Below, piece by piece: positions 26,947 through 37,370 of a stretch of 64,000 nt of DNA. Source of the stretch: Candidatus Nomurabacteria bacterium (GTDB lineage Bacteria > Patescibacteriota > Saccharimonadia > Saccharimonadales > Saccharimonadaceae); the NCBI GenBank assembly GCA_031262695.1, contig JAISHF010000004.1:107993-171992 (forward strand), given 5' to 3'. A program made the position numbers and the translations under genes. The first letter of the stretch is position 1. Each line of letters starts with the position of its first letter. The notes below the pieces were generated by a model. The model saw only the letters and a list, made by a program, of their open reading frames with translations, was not told the DNA's origin and made no database searches.

Positions 26947-27023
26947 GGGCGGTTAGCTCAGTTGGCTAGAGCGCGTCTTTGACGTAGACGAGGTCATAGG
27001 TTCGACTCCTATATCGCCCACCA
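26947..27023 (+). tRNA. tRNA-Val (anticodon GAC)
   Basis: GGGCGGT acceptor, D-arm GCTCAGTTGGCTAGAGC, anticodon arm CGTCT-TTGACGT-AGACG, T-arm ATAGGTTCGACTCCTAT, encoded CCA. Confidence 0.9.
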
Positions 27024-27050
27024 AACACATTTGTAAGAATAAAGGAAATT

Positions 27051-29147
27051 ATGGCAGAAAAGCAAGTCGCACTAGAAAATCTTCGTAATGTTGGGATTAT
27101 CGCGCATATTGACGCGGGCAAAACTACGGTTACTGAGGGTATTTTGTATCGCACGGGGATTAACCACAAGATTGGCACGGTGCGGGGCGACGACGGCGGT
27201 GCGACGACCGACTGGATGGAGCAGGAGAAGGAACGCGGTATCACGATTACTTCGGCGGCGGTGACTTGTTTCTGGAAGGACCATAAAATTAATATTATTG
27301 ATACGCCGGGGCATATTGACTTTACGGCTGAGGTGGAGCGGTCGCTTCGCGTGCTGGACGGTGCCGTGACGGTGTTTGACGGTAAAATGGGCGTGGAGGC
27401 GCAATCAGAGACGGTTTGGCGGCAGGCGAACAAATATGGCGTGCCGCGGATTTGCTTTATTAACAAAATCAACCAGATTGGTGGCGATTTTTACAAGTCA
27501 TTGGAGTCAATTCACAAGCGTTTGTCAAAAAATGCTCTGGCGATTCATCTGCCGATTGGTTTTGAGAAGGATATTTGTGGTGTAGTTGATTTGATTAACA
27601 TGAAGGCTTATACCTATAAGGACTTCCACGACCACGAGTTGGTGGAGGGTGAAATCCCTGCCGATATGTTGGAGAAGGCGAAGAATGCACGTAGCCTGTT
27701 GGTTGAGAATGCTGTTGAGGCCGAAGAAGAGCTGATGAACAAGTTCTTTGAGGGTGGCGAAGAGGCAATTACAGAGGAGGAATTGAAGCGAGGCTTGCGT
27801 AAGCGAGTGCTGGCGGGCGACTTTTTCTTGGTGACGGGTGGCGATGGGCGTGGCGTGATTGTGGAGAAGTTGCTTGATTTGATGAACGATTACTTGCCGT
27901 CGCCGCTAGATATTGCGGCAATTTGGGGCAAAGACCCAAAGACTGGCGACGAAATTGAGCGTAAGCCAAGCGAGAGTGAGCCGATGAGCGCCTTGGCGTT
28001 TAAGATTGCGACCGACCCATTTGTTGGTAAGTTGATTTTCGTGCGGGTGTATTCGGGCAAACTTTCGGCTGGTTCGTATGTGCTAAATGCAACAACGGGC
28101 GATAAAGAGCGGGTTGGCCGCTTGGTGCGGATGCACGCCGACAAGCGTGAGGACATTACGGAGATTGGTGCGGGCGACATTGCGGCGGTCGTGGGCTTGA
28201 AGAACACGACTACCGGCACGACGCTTTGCGATGTGGCGCACCCGATTATTTTGGAGAGCATTGACTTTCCTGACCCACCAGTTTCTATCGCAGTTGAGCC
28301 AAAAACTAAGGCCGACCAAGAGAAAATGGGGATCGGTTTGGGGCGGCTAGCTGAGGAAGACCCAACTTTCCGTGTGCATACTGATGAAGAAACCGGGCAA
28401 ACGATTTTGTCGGGTATGGGCGAATTACACCTGGAGATTATCATTGACCGCTTGAAGCGCGAGTTCAATGTTGAGGCGAATACGGGCGAGCCACAAGTGG
28501 CATTTAGGGAGACGATTAAGAGCACGGCTGAGGCGCAGGGTAAACACATCAAACAATCTGGTGGTCGTGGTCAATATGGTGATGTTTGGGTCAAGTTTGA
28601 GCCGAACGAGCCGGGCAAGGGCTTTGAGTTTATTGACACAATTAAGGGTGGTGTGGTGCCGCTAGAATACCGCAAGCCGACGATGGAGGGCATTAAAGAG
28701 ACTTTGGAGGGCGGCGTGATTGCTGGTTATCCAGTAGTTGATGTTAAGGCGACGCTTTATGATGGCTCTTACCATGATGTCGACTCTTCGGAGCTTGCGT
28801 TCCATTTGGCTGGTGTTTTGGCGACTCGCGAGGGCATCAAAAAGGCGCATCCAGTGATTTTGGAGCCGGTGATGAAGTTGGAGGCGACGACGCCAGAGGA
28901 GTTTATGGGTGATGTGATTGGCGACTTGAACTCACGTCGTGGCCGGATTGACGCGATGGAAGATTTGCAAGGTGGAGCGAAGTTAATTCGGGCGTTTGTG
29001 CCGCTGGCGAACTTGTTTGGCTATACTTCTGACTTGCGGTCTTTGACGCAAGGTCGGGCGGCGTCTACAATGGAGCTCTCGGCCTATGAAGAAGTCCCAC
29101 CAAATGTGGCGGCCGAAATCATTGAAAAACGTGCTGGCAAAAAATAA
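27051..29147 (+). CDS. fusA: translation elongation factor G
   Basis: [20 protein letters not shown] and NKINQ G-domain motifs. 698 aa with the full five-domain length. Confidence 0.95.
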   Translation: MAEKQVALENLRNVGIIAHIDAGKTTVTEGILYRTGINHKIGTVRGDDGGATTDWMEQEKERGITITSAAVTCFWKDHKINIIDTPGHIDFTAEVERSLRVLDGAVTVFDGKMGVEAQSETVWRQANKYGVPRICFINKINQIGGDFYKSLESIHKRLSKNALAIHLPIGFEKDICGVVDLINMKAYTYKDFHDHELVEGEIPADMLEKAKNARSLLVENAVEAEEELMNKFFEGGEEAITEEELKRGLRKRVLAGDFFLVTGGDGRGVIVEKLLDLMNDYLPSPLDIAAIWGKDPKTGDEIERKPSESEPMSALAFKIATDPFVGKLIFVRVYSGKLSAGSYVLNATTGDKERVGRLVRMHADKREDITEIGAGDIAAVVGLKNTTTGTTLCDVAHPIILESIDFPDPPVSIAVEPKTKADQEKMGIGLGRLAEEDPTFRVHTDEETGQTILSGMGELHLEIIIDRLKREFNVEANTGEPQVAFRETIKSTAEAQGKHIKQSGGRGQYGDVWVKFEPNEPGKGFEFIDTIKGGVVPLEYRKPTMEGIKETLEGGVIAGYPVVDVKATLYDGSYHDVDSSELAFHLAGVLATREGIKKAHPVILEPVMKLEATTPEEFMGDVIGDLNSRRGRIDAMEDLQGGAKLIRAFVPLANLFGYTSDLRSLTQGRAASTMELSAYEEVPPNVAAEIIEKRAGKK

Positions 29148-29637
29148 AGTTTTAGCGGACTTAACAAACACCTCGCAAGGCGGGGTGTTTGTGGTGCAGA
29201 CTGACACCGTGCAAGGCTGGGGTGCGTGGCTGGATGACGAGGCGGGAATTCGTGAATTGATGCGATTAAAAAGCCGTGAACTTGATGATAGTAAAGTTTT
29301 TTCGTTAGTTACTCTTGGAGTAGATTTGGCAAAATATGTGGAATTGGACGATTTTGCAGCAAAAATTGTGGCAAAATATGGTGAGCAGCCGCTGACTCTG
29401 GTTTTGCCGAAAAATCCTGAATTCAAGCATTGGTATTTTGATAGCCGAGTGGAAATTGGCTGGCGAACGCCAAGCACGGCGGCGATGCAGGAGCTAGCAA
29501 AGCGGCCATTTTTGCTAACGAGCGCCAACGAACGTGGCGGCACACCAAAATCAAATGGTGGCACGCCGACCACAGTGGTGCGAATTAAAAATGACACGGT
29601 TGAAGTTCTACGACAAGGCGATTGTGATATAATGTAA
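29104..29637 (+). CDS. tsaC: L-threonylcarbamoyladenylate synthase (TsaC/YrdC family); start uncertain
   Basis: [14 protein letters not shown] (PTDTVYG-like), PLTLVLPKN and [11 protein letters not shown] fit YrdC. Family-like N-terminal residues ([13 protein letters not shown]) lie before the first post-fusA start codon (GTG 29185). The ATG candidates (29104, 29086) overlap fusA. Confidence 0.6.
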   Translation: MWRPKSLKNVLAKNKVLADLTNTSQGGVFVVQTDTVQGWGAWLDDEAGIRELMRLKSRELDDSKVFSLVTLGVDLAKYVELDDFAAKIVAKYGEQPLTLVLPKNPEFKHWYFDSRVEIGWRTPSTAAMQELAKRPFLLTSANERGGTPKSNGGTPTTVVRIKNDTVEVLRQGDCDIM

Positions 29638-29639
29638 AT

Positions 29640-29801
29640 ATGAATAAGAAAAAAGTAGTTAAAAACGCCGTAGCAAACGAGCGGCTTGAAAAATTGAAGG
29701 TATCGCTAGAATCAAAAAAGATTGCGGAGAAATATGCATCTGGGGAAGTTTCGGCGAGAGAGGCGGCGCGTAAAATCCGAGCTAGATACGGGGTGCTATG
29801 A
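29640..29801 (+). CDS. VbhA-like small antitoxin of a Fic toxin (53 aa; too short for the ORF track)
   Basis: My translation: MNKKKVVKNAVANERLEKLKVSLESKKIAEKYASGEVSAREAARKIRARYGVL. NAVANERLEKL resembles the VbhA NALASQRLEGL inhibitory helix. Its stop overlaps the fic ATG (ATGA). TGATATAAT lies 6 nt before the ATG. Confidence 0.55.
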   Translation: MNKKKVVKNAVANERLEKLKVSLESKKIAEKYASGEVSAREAARKIRARYGVL

Positions 29802-30394
29802 CGGATTTCGTCGATCCGTATATTGATGAGTCGACTGGTGAATTAAGGAATCTTTTAGGGGTTAAAACGGCCAAGGAGTTCGCAAACATTGAGCCACAAA
29901 TTGTTTTTGCTAATGAGTTAGAGCTAGAATCGCTGGATATACCACGCACAAATGATTTAGCGGAATTATGTGCGATACATAAATAGCTTTTTAAGGGTAT
30001 TTATGGCTGGGCTGGCAAGATTCGGGTGGTAGATATTCGCAAAAATGTTCCTGGGGCGGAATATTTTTTGGTGAAATCTAAAATTTTCACTGCCTCGGAG
30101 TATGTTTTTGGGGAGTTGGCAAAAGAGAATAATTTGACTGGTCTAGATAAGGAAAAATTTGTAGAACGTTTGGCGTATTTTTATGATCAGGTCAATTTCA
30201 TACACCCTTTTCGAGAGGGCAACGGGCGAACGCAGCGGGTGTTTTTCAGTAGAATTGCCAAGGATGTTGGCTTTGAGATTGACTGGGATTTAATAGTTGG
30301 CGAGGAGAACGATAAGGCTTCTAGATTAGCTGCCGAGAAAATGGACTTACACTTGTTGATAGAAATGTTTAATAAAATTGTGGAGGAGGCATAA
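29798..30394 (+). pseudogene. class I Fic (VbhT-like) toxin gene interrupted by a single in-frame TAG
   Basis: ORFs 29798..29986 and 30026..30394 are in the same frame. Read across TAG 29984-86 they give ...LAELCAIHK*LFKGIYGWAGKIRVVDIRKN...NFIHPFREGNGRTQRVFF..., a continuous Fic fold with an intact HPFxEGNGRxxR motif. Confidence 0.75.
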
Positions 30395-30396
30395 TT

Positions 30397-31092
30397 ATGA
30401 AAGCGATCTTATTTTCTTCGGATTTTGCGATACTTGACGCAACAACAGAACTTGAAAGGTTGGTCGGTAAGCCTGCCAAAGATATTAACTTTGTTATCAT
30501 AAATGAGGGCTTCATACCAGAAAAAGGTGACGACAATTCATTTTTCGTGGATGGTATGCACTTTATAAAACATCATTTTGGCAATTTTTATTTGTTGAAT
30601 TTACAGGCGATGCCAAAAGAGCAAATATTGGAGCGCATAGAGAAAAGCGACGCATTTTTTTGTTTCGGTGGGACAAGTGGTTATTTGATGAAGGTGCTTA
30701 ATGAGAGCGGCTTGGCAGAAGAATTGCCTGCATTGCTAAAAGATAGGGTGTGGTGTGGCAGTTCTGCTGGGTCAATGGTGTTTGGGTATGCGCCCAGTAA
30801 AAAGCTATCAAAAGACCTGTGGGGTGGAACGGAATTCGAGGACAAAAAAGATTGGGGTGTTGATAAGTATATGGAGTTCGCACCAGTTTGTATCTTGGCA
30901 CACATGTATGGTGGCGATTTATCGGCCGATCCGCATGATTTTAGTGTTATCAAGAATTCGGCGACGATGAGCGTACCCGTCTATGCTTTAAGTGATTGGA
31001 GCGCTGTTGTGGTTGATGGTGATGATATTAAATGTATTGGCGAACATTGGACTAAGTGCAATAATGGGGTTATTGTAGAAAACCAAAAATAG
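30397..31092 (+). CDS. S51-family peptidase E-like / class I glutamine-amidotransferase-like protein
   Basis: DAFFCFGGTSGYLMKVL and VWCGSSAGSMVFG resemble the GGNTF and G-SAG nucleophile blocks of peptidase E. Confidence 0.55.
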   Translation: MKAILFSSDFAILDATTELERLVGKPAKDINFVIINEGFIPEKGDDNSFFVDGMHFIKHHFGNFYLLNLQAMPKEQILERIEKSDAFFCFGGTSGYLMKVLNESGLAEELPALLKDRVWCGSSAGSMVFGYAPSKKLSKDLWGGTEFEDKKDWGVDKYMEFAPVCILAHMYGGDLSADPHDFSVIKNSATMSVPVYALSDWSAVVVDGDDIKCIGEHWTKCNNGVIVENQK

Positions 31093-31162
31093 CAATTTGC
31101 GTGTATTGTGAAAAGCCGAGTGAGTGTTTGACTTATGTGTTGGCGCAATATATAAGTTGTAG

Positions 31163-33118
31163 CTAGGTATGGGATTCGAGGTCGCGGATTTGGTCGCGGA
31201 GTTTGGTGGCGTCTTCGAAGCGGAGTTCGGCGGCGGCCATTTGCATTTGGCCGGTAAGTTCGTGGATGATTTCTTTGATTTCGCTCTTCGGGACTTTTTT
31301 CAGGTCTAATTTGGTTGGTTCGTTCTTTTTTGGGGCGACGGCACGGAGGCCCTCGCTGATATTTTTGCTGATGCCTTCTGGGGTAATGCCGTGTTCTTCG
31401 TTGTATTTTTGTTGAATCGCGCGGCGTTTTTCGGTTTCGCTGATGGCTTTCGCCATACTGTCAGTAATATTATCGGCATACATTAGGACTTGGCCGTTCA
31501 AGTGGCGGGCGGCGCGGCCGATAGTCTGGATTAAGGCGCTCTCACTACGCAAAAAGCCTTCTTTGTCAGCGTCCAAAATGGCAACGAGCGAAACTTCTGG
31601 TAGGTCTAGCCCTTCACGGAGTAGGTTGATGCCGACCAAAACATCATAAACGCCAGCGCGGAGGTCGCGGAGAATGTCGGAGCGTTCTAGGGTGGCGACA
31701 TCAGAGTGGAGATAGGCAGTTTTGACTTTGAGTTCTTGCAGATAAATCGTGAGGTCTTCGGCCATTTTTTTGGTTAGGGTAGTCACTAGCACACGCTCGC
31801 CTTTGGCGACGCGTTTATCTATTTCTTCTACGAGGTCGTCAACTTGGTTGCGAATCGGGCGGACGATAATTTCGGGGTCTAATAGCCCTGTTGGGCGGAC
31901 AACTTGTTGGACTGGGTCGGGCGAGACGCCGAGTTCAAATTCGCTGGGGGTGGCGGAAACAAAAATCACTTTGTTGATTTTTTGATAAAATTCGTCAAAT
32001 TTGAGAGGGCGGTTGTCTAGTGCAGAAGGCAGGCGAAAGCCATAGTCAACGAGATTTTGCTTGCGGGCGCGGTCGCCGTTGTGCATACCGCGGACTTGCG
32101 GTAGGGTCATATGGCTTTCGTCAACGATAAGTAGGAAATCGTCGGGGAAGTAGTCAATTAGAGTGCTTGGCGGCACGCCTTCGTCGCGACCAGAGAGGTG
32201 GCGGGAGTAGTTTTCAATGCCTTTGACAAAGCCAGTCTCGCTAAGCATTTCTAGGTCGTATTTGGTCCGTTGAGCGAGGCGTTCGGCCTCTAAGTGGCGG
32301 CCTTGTTGCAAAAAGTAAGCATGGCGGTCTTTGAATTCTTCTTGAATACGAGTGATGGCGGCAAGGGTTTTTTCTTTGGGCGTGGCATAATGGGAATTTG
32401 GGAAGAGGAATATCTCGGATTGCTCGGCGACGGTTTTACCAGTCAGCGGGTCAATTAGGGTCAAGCGCTCAATTTTGTCAAAGTTCAGTTCAATGCGAAT
32501 GGCACGTTCCTCGCCAGCAGGAAAAATATCCACAACATCACCTTTTACACGGAACGTTCCACGCTTAAAGTCGATATCGTTGCGATGATATAAAATATTT
32601 GTCAAGAAGCGGACCAGCCACTGAACAGGGCGTTCGTCGCCGACTTTGAGGAGAAGCGACATATCTTGATAGTCGCTGGGGTCGCCGATACCATAGATGC
32701 AGGAGACACTGGCGACGACAATGACATCTTCACGCGTGAGGAGGGCAGCGGTGGCGGCGTGGCGCATTTTTTCAATTTCGTCGTTGATGGCGCTGTCTTT
32801 TTCAATATAGGTGTCGCTGGCGGCAATGTAGGCCTCTGGCTGGTAGTAGTCAAAATAGGAGACGAAATAATGAACGGCGTTATTGGGGAAGAACTCCTTG
32901 AACTCGGCGAAAAGTTGGGCGGCGAGGGTCTTGTTGTGGGCGAGAACGAGGGTGGGGCGGCCGTAGTTTTTGATGACATTGGCCATGGTGAAAGTTTTGC
33001 CACTGCCCGTGACGCCAAGTAAAGTTTGCTCGCGGTAGAGATTTAGCCCCTTGCCAAGGGCGGCAATAGCTTTCGGCTGGTCACCAGCGGGTTGATACTT
33101 GCTAACAAGGTCAAACAT
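31163..33118 (-). CDS. uvrB: excinuclease ABC subunit B
   Basis: [11 protein letters not shown] Walker A, helicase motifs (VDESH, SATP), and the C-terminal UVR domain ([20 protein letters not shown]). Confidence 0.95.
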   Translation of the reverse strand: MFDLVSKYQPAGDQPKAIAALGKGLNLYREQTLLGVTGSGKTFTMANVIKNYGRPTLVLAHNKTLAAQLFAEFKEFFPNNAVHYFVSYFDYYQPEAYIAASDTYIEKDSAINDEIEKMRHAATAALLTREDVIVVASVSCIYGIGDPSDYQDMSLLLKVGDERPVQWLVRFLTNILYHRNDIDFKRGTFRVKGDVVDIFPAGEERAIRIELNFDKIERLTLIDPLTGKTVAEQSEIFLFPNSHYATPKEKTLAAITRIQEEFKDRHAYFLQQGRHLEAERLAQRTKYDLEMLSETGFVKGIENYSRHLSGRDEGVPPSTLIDYFPDDFLLIVDESHMTLPQVRGMHNGDRARKQNLVDYGFRLPSALDNRPLKFDEFYQKINKVIFVSATPSEFELGVSPDPVQQVVRPTGLLDPEIIVRPIRNQVDDLVEEIDKRVAKGERVLVTTLTKKMAEDLTIYLQELKVKTAYLHSDVATLERSDILRDLRAGVYDVLVGINLLREGLDLPEVSLVAILDADKEGFLRSESALIQTIGRAARHLNGQVLMYADNITDSMAKAISETEKRRAIQQKYNEEHGITPEGISKNISEGLRAVAPKKNEPTKLDLKKVPKSEIKEIIHELTGQMQMAAAELRFEDATKLRDQIRDLESHT

Positions 33119-33147
33119 ATGTATAATTATAGCATAAAAGGAGGCGT

Positions 33148-33528
33148 ATGGACAAGATTGTGGAGATGCTACAAGGGGTGTTTTTTATTGCAACAGAGGA
33201 TGGCGACCAGCCACGGGTGCGGCCGTTTGATGGGGCGGCGTTGATAGATGATAAGATTTATATTGAGACTTTGCGTGAGAAAAATGTTGCTAAGCAGTTG
33301 ATTCTGAACCCAAAATGTGAGGTTTTTGCGATGGGCGACTTGGGGCAGGTGCGGTTTTCGGCGGTGGCGCGGCTAGCTGAGGGTGATGAGGCTGAGGAGG
33401 CGATTGCGGCGATTGGCAAGTATCATGAGGGCGCAACGGATAAAGTGGCGATTTTTGCGTTAGAAAATATTTTGGCTAAACTGACCGACCGTGATGGTGC
33501 GATAAGTGAGATTGCGGGGGTAATTTAG
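33148..33528 (+). CDS. pyridoxamine 5'-phosphate oxidase-like FMN-binding split-barrel protein
   Basis: [16 protein letters not shown] and the 126-aa size fit the PNPOx-like family. AAGGAGG SD 5 nt upstream of the ATG. Confidence 0.5.
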   Translation: MDKIVEMLQGVFFIATEDGDQPRVRPFDGAALIDDKIYIETLREKNVAKQLILNPKCEVFAMGDLGQVRFSAVARLAEGDEAEEAIAAIGKYHEGATDKVAIFALENILAKLTDRDGAISEIAGVI

Positions 33529-33572
33529 GCGTAAATGTAATGCAAATGTATATACAATGTATATACAGCTGA

Positions 33573-34007
33573 TTATTTGGTGCAAACTAGTTTGACGGCG
33601 ACGTCAATGTCGCTAGCGCCAAAGGGCTCTTTGGGCGTAATTTGGGCGACGGTTTGTTTTTTGTTGCAGCCGGATTCTTCTAAAAAGCGGGCTTTAAGGG
33701 CGGTTTCGTTGGCATTCTTGCCGACGAAGATGTCGCCAAGGGGGATGAGCATACCGTTTCGCTCGGATAGATTGCGGAGATAGGAGGTGGCTTTTTCGGC
33801 GCCGCTTTCGGTGAAGATACGTTCATGGTAATCGGCGTAATAATTACGGGCTAATTCGCCAAGTTTGCGAGTGAGATATTCATCATTGTAGAACCACCAG
33901 CCATTGTGATAAGCGAGAAACCAAGTGCCGCTGACGCCGAGCAATAAAATTGCTAAGATAATACACCAGATACGGAGGGCTTTTTGATGCTTTTTTGGCC
34001 TTTTCAT
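33573..34007 (-). CDS. hypothetical membrane-anchored protein
   Basis: N-terminal TM (IWCIILAILLLGVSGTWFLAY). TGATATAAT lies 6 nt upstream of the ATG. No family recognised. Confidence 0.35.
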   Translation of the reverse strand: MKRPKKHQKALRIWCIILAILLLGVSGTWFLAYHNGWWFYNDEYLTRKLGELARNYYADYHERIFTESGAEKATSYLRNLSERNGMLIPLGDIFVGKNANETALKARFLEESGCNKKQTVAQITPKEPFGASDIDVAVKLVCTK

Positions 34008-34043
34008 ATTGTTATTATATCACGCTCGTGCTAAAATAAAAGT

Positions 34044-35429
34044 ATGAATTTTTGGCAAAAAGTAAAAGCAGTGTTGACGACGCCGATTGGTGGTAGTGGC
34101 AAGCAGGCGACTGGTGCACCAGAGATTGCAAAGCCGATTCCTGCGGCAAGCGCGGTGGTGAGCGGGGCGACTGGCACACCGACAATCCCAGCGGCGGCAG
34201 TGATAAACGCTTTGAATGACGGCGTGATGGCACTGGATAGATTTGGAAATATTCGGCTAGTTAATCCGGCGGCGCTGCGTTTGGCGGGCTTCGCCTTGAC
34301 AAATGATGCGGTTGGGCTGAATTATTCTAGTGTGGTGATGTTATTTGACGCGGCTGATAATGCGATTCCAGATAACGACAACCCGATTCGGGTGGCGCTC
34401 AGCAAAAGCACCAATTTTACGAGTCGCAACTTGAAGATTTTTAACCAAGAGCAAAAAACGACGCTACCGATTGCTTTGCAGGTGACTTATTCGGTAGAGG
34501 ACGATGCGGTGATTGTGGTGTATAGCGATATTTCAGATGAGGTGCAAGAGAGCCGCGACCAGTTGGCGTTTGTTTCTACGGCGTCGCACGAGATGCGCAC
34601 CCCTGTGGCGGAGATTGAGGGGTATTTGAGTATCGTGCTTGACCCCGCAAGCGCAAGTGTAGATACGCGGGCACGGGACTATGTTAATAAGGCGCATACG
34701 GCGGCGCTACATCTTGGCACGCTGTTGCAGCAATTATTAGATACAACTCGGCTCTCTGACCATCAGATGACGCCGCAATTTCAGGCGGTGGAGGTGGGGG
34801 CTTTGTTGCTAGATATTGCGACGCAGGCGGTGCCGCTGGCGGCGCAAAAGCAGCAGGTGCTGTCGCTGGATTCGGTGCCGCTTTCGGCGACGACGAGCGC
34901 GCGGGTCAAGCAACTGCTTTATGCCAAGATTGACCCAGATTTTTTGCGTGAGATTGTTAATCAGTTGTTAGAAAACGCCTTCAAATATACGCCAGCGGGC
35001 GGACGAATTGATATTTCGGCGGTTGGCAATGAGCGCGAGGTGGCGGTGATGGTGCGTGATACAGGGGTGGGGATTCCGCAGACTGATTTGCCACATGTGT
35101 TCCAAAAGTTCTATCGGGTAGATAATTCGGATACGCGCGAGCAGGGTGGTTCGGGGCTGGGGCTGTTTATCGCCTCGCAACGAGCCGAGGCGATGGGCGG
35201 CAAACTGTATGCTGAGAGCCAAGTTGGACAGGGGTCGGTGTTTTATTTGCGTTTTCCGCGGATTTCTGAGCAGCAATATCAAGAAGAGCAAAATGCCGCC
35301 GCGATGCAGGTTGGCACAAGTGTGGCGGATGTGGCGGCGGGGGCAGGTGTGGCGGAGGCGACTACTGGGGCGGGCGTTAGCGCAGCAACAGAGGTGCCAG
35401 CTGGTGCAAATCCAGCAAACTCAGTTTAG
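34044..35429 (+). CDS. soluble PAS-domain sensor histidine kinase (no adjacent response regulator)
   Basis: H-box FVSTASHEMRTPVAEIEGYL. N box LLENAFKYTP. G1 DTGVGI. G2 GGSGLGLFIA. No TM segment. Confidence 0.8.
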   Translation: MNFWQKVKAVLTTPIGGSGKQATGAPEIAKPIPAASAVVSGATGTPTIPAAAVINALNDGVMALDRFGNIRLVNPAALRLAGFALTNDAVGLNYSSVVMLFDAADNAIPDNDNPIRVALSKSTNFTSRNLKIFNQEQKTTLPIALQVTYSVEDDAVIVVYSDISDEVQESRDQLAFVSTASHEMRTPVAEIEGYLSIVLDPASASVDTRARDYVNKAHTAALHLGTLLQQLLDTTRLSDHQMTPQFQAVEVGALLLDIATQAVPLAAQKQQVLSLDSVPLSATTSARVKQLLYAKIDPDFLREIVNQLLENAFKYTPAGGRIDISAVGNEREVAVMVRDTGVGIPQTDLPHVFQKFYRVDNSDTREQGGSGLGLFIASQRAEAMGGKLYAESQVGQGSVFYLRFPRISEQQYQEEQNAAAMQVGTSVADVAAGAGVAEATTGAGVSAATEVPAGANPANSV

Positions 35430-35432
35430 GTA

Positions 35433-35461
35433 TTGACTTTTAAGCACAAGTGTGATATAAT
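35433..35461 (+). promoter_or_regulatory. promoter cassette copy 1 (upstream of the r-protein operon)
   Basis: TTGACT-TTTAAGCACAAGTGTGA-TATAAT, a 17-nt spacer with an extended -10 TG. Confidence 0.6.
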
Positions 35462-35519
35462 GTAGGTTGATGGGGGCTTTACTGTTGCCTGAAAAGCCTA
35501 AAAAAGTTGTGGAAAACTC

Positions 35520-35548
35520 TTGCAAAAGAGGGAAAAGTTTGATATAAT
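35520..35548 (+). promoter_or_regulatory. second tandem promoter upstream of rplC
   Basis: TTGCAA-17 nt-TATAAT (tttGATATAAT), followed by an 80-nt leader containing the TTTAGT...ACTAAA stem around the palindrome GTAGGCCTAC. Confidence 0.5.
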
Positions 35549-35630
35549 ATAGGAAACTTGGTGTTTTAGTAGGCCTACGGGAACCACTAAACCCGAGGAT
35601 TTATTAAGTAAAAAAGAAGAAAGGACAGGG

Positions 35631-36257
35631 ATGAAAGTCATCTTAGGCACCAAACTTGGTATGACCCAACTCATCGGTGAGGACGGGGTGATTACACCTG
35701 TCACGCTGTTGCAAGCGGGCCCATGCAAAGTGGCGCAAGTGAAAACCATCGACGCCGACGGTTATCGGGCGGCACAAATTGTTCAATCGGCAGCAAAAAC
35801 TGCGGGTAAATTAACAAGCAAGCCAGTGCAAGGTCATTTGGCAAAGAACAGCATTGAGGGCGGCGTTAGCGCAATCCGCGAGTTTCGTATCGGCGAAAAA
35901 GACGAAGTTAAGAGTGGCGACGAACTAACCGTCGCTAATTTTAGTCTGGGCGACAAGGTCCGTGTGAGTGGCATCTCTAAGGGCAAGGGCTTTGCCGGCA
36001 CGGTTAAGCGGCACAACTTTAACGAGAGTCGCAATACGCACGGTTTTAAGGGTAACATTCGCCGTGTTGGCTCAATCGGCTCAATGTATCCGCAAAAAGT
36101 GATGAAGGGCAAGAAAATGCCGGGTCGGATGGGTGCTGAGCGGGTGACGGTCGCGGGCTTGACAGTGGCGCTAGTTGATATTGAAAACAACCTCCTTGGT
36201 ATCAAGGGGGCGATTCCGGGTCCAAAAAAAGGTCTAATTGAGGTGCGAGGAGAATAA
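35631..36257 (+). CDS. rplC: 50S ribosomal protein L3
   Basis: MKVILGTKLGMTQLIGEDGVITPVTLL... and GKGFAGTVKRHNF match L3. Confidence 0.95.
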   Translation: MKVILGTKLGMTQLIGEDGVITPVTLLQAGPCKVAQVKTIDADGYRAAQIVQSAAKTAGKLTSKPVQGHLAKNSIEGGVSAIREFRIGEKDEVKSGDELTVANFSLGDKVRVSGISKGKGFAGTVKRHNFNESRNTHGFKGNIRRVGSIGSMYPQKVMKGKKMPGRMGAERVTVAGLTVALVDIENNLLGIKGAIPGPKKGLIEVRGE

Positions 36258-36258
36258 T

Positions 36259-36873
36259 ATGGCAGAGATTAAATTAGACAAGAACGTATTTGGCGTCAAG
36301 GTAGAAAACCACGAACTATTGAAGGTTGCCTACAACGCCTACTTGGCCGAGAGCCGGATGGCAAATGCTAAGACCTTAAAACGCGGCGAAGTCCGCGGCG
36401 GTGGCAAAAAGCCATGGAAGCAAAAGGGCACGGGGCGCGCGCGCTTTGGTTCAACCCGCAACCCGATTTGGCGGGGCGGTGGTATCGCCTTTGGTCCAAC
36501 AGGGGAGCAAAACTACAAGTTGAAGCTCTCAAAGACGGCGAAAAAGGTGGCTTTGCGACAGGCGTTGTCATTACAAAACACAGCGAAGAAATTGGCGGTG
36601 GTCGCCGATTTTGCGCCAAAAGAGATGAAAACCAAGTTGGCATTGAAGTTTTTGGCCGATAATGGCGTTAAAGACGAAAATGTTTTGTTAGTTGTGGCGG
36701 AGAAGACAGATGAAATCGTGCGTTCAACTGACAATATTGCAAACTTGCAGGTGGTGCGGGCAACTTATTTGACGGTATTTGACATTTTGAATGCGGATAA
36801 GATTTTGATTACCGAGAGTGCCTTGCCAGTGGTGGCTGAGTGGCTAGCAGGCGACAAGGAGGGCAAGAAATGA
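36259..36873 (+). CDS. rplD: 50S ribosomal protein L4
   Basis: RGGGKKPWKQKGTGRARFGSTRNPIWRGGGIAFGP matches L4. Start at MAEIKLDK. Confidence 0.95.
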   Translation: MAEIKLDKNVFGVKVENHELLKVAYNAYLAESRMANAKTLKRGEVRGGGKKPWKQKGTGRARFGSTRNPIWRGGGIAFGPTGEQNYKLKLSKTAKKVALRQALSLQNTAKKLAVVADFAPKEMKTKLALKFLADNGVKDENVLLVVAEKTDEIVRSTDNIANLQVVRATYLTVFDILNADKILITESALPVVAEWLAGDKEGKK

Positions 36874-37370
36874 GCAAACAAGAAGTAGCCGCAAAAACGG
36901 CAAAGGTAGAAAAGGCGGCAAAAGTGGCCGAGGCAGAAATCGTTAAGCCGATTGTGTTGCCAGTGAATAGCGAAAAGGCCTTTCGTCTGTCGCATGACGG
37001 GATCTACATGTTTAAGGTGCCAGCCAAGATGAGCAAGCAGATGATTGCAAAGATGGTGTCCGAGGGCTTTAAGGTTAAGGTGCTTGGCGTGACTGTGTCG
37101 GTACGTAAGGGCAAGATGACTCGCGCCTCAAAGGGTGTAAAGCGTGTGCCAATTCAGATTCAGCGACCAGATGTGCGTTTTGCGTATGTTCGTTTGGCGG
37201 CGGGTGAGAAGTTGCCGTTCTTTGATGAGCAAGAGGCTGAACTAAAGAAAGCGACGGCAGCCGAGGCGAAGACTGAAAAAGCGGCAGAAAAAGACGCCAA
37301 GAAGGCTGAAAAGGCTGAGGCGAAGGCTGAAATTAAGGCTGAAAAGGCAGAAAAGAAAGGCAAGAAATGA
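36870..37370 (+). CDS. rplW: 50S ribosomal protein L23 with Lys/Ala/Glu-rich extensions
   Basis: L23 core (SEKAFRL...YMFKVPAKMSKQMIAKMVSEGFKVKVLGV) plus the tail [40 protein letters not shown] overlap with rplD. Confidence 0.85.
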   Translation: MSKQEVAAKTAKVEKAAKVAEAEIVKPIVLPVNSEKAFRLSHDGIYMFKVPAKMSKQMIAKMVSEGFKVKVLGVTVSVRKGKMTRASKGVKRVPIQIQRPDVRFAYVRLAAGEKLPFFDEQEAELKKATAAEAKTEKAAEKDAKKAEKAEAKAEIKAEKAEKKGKK

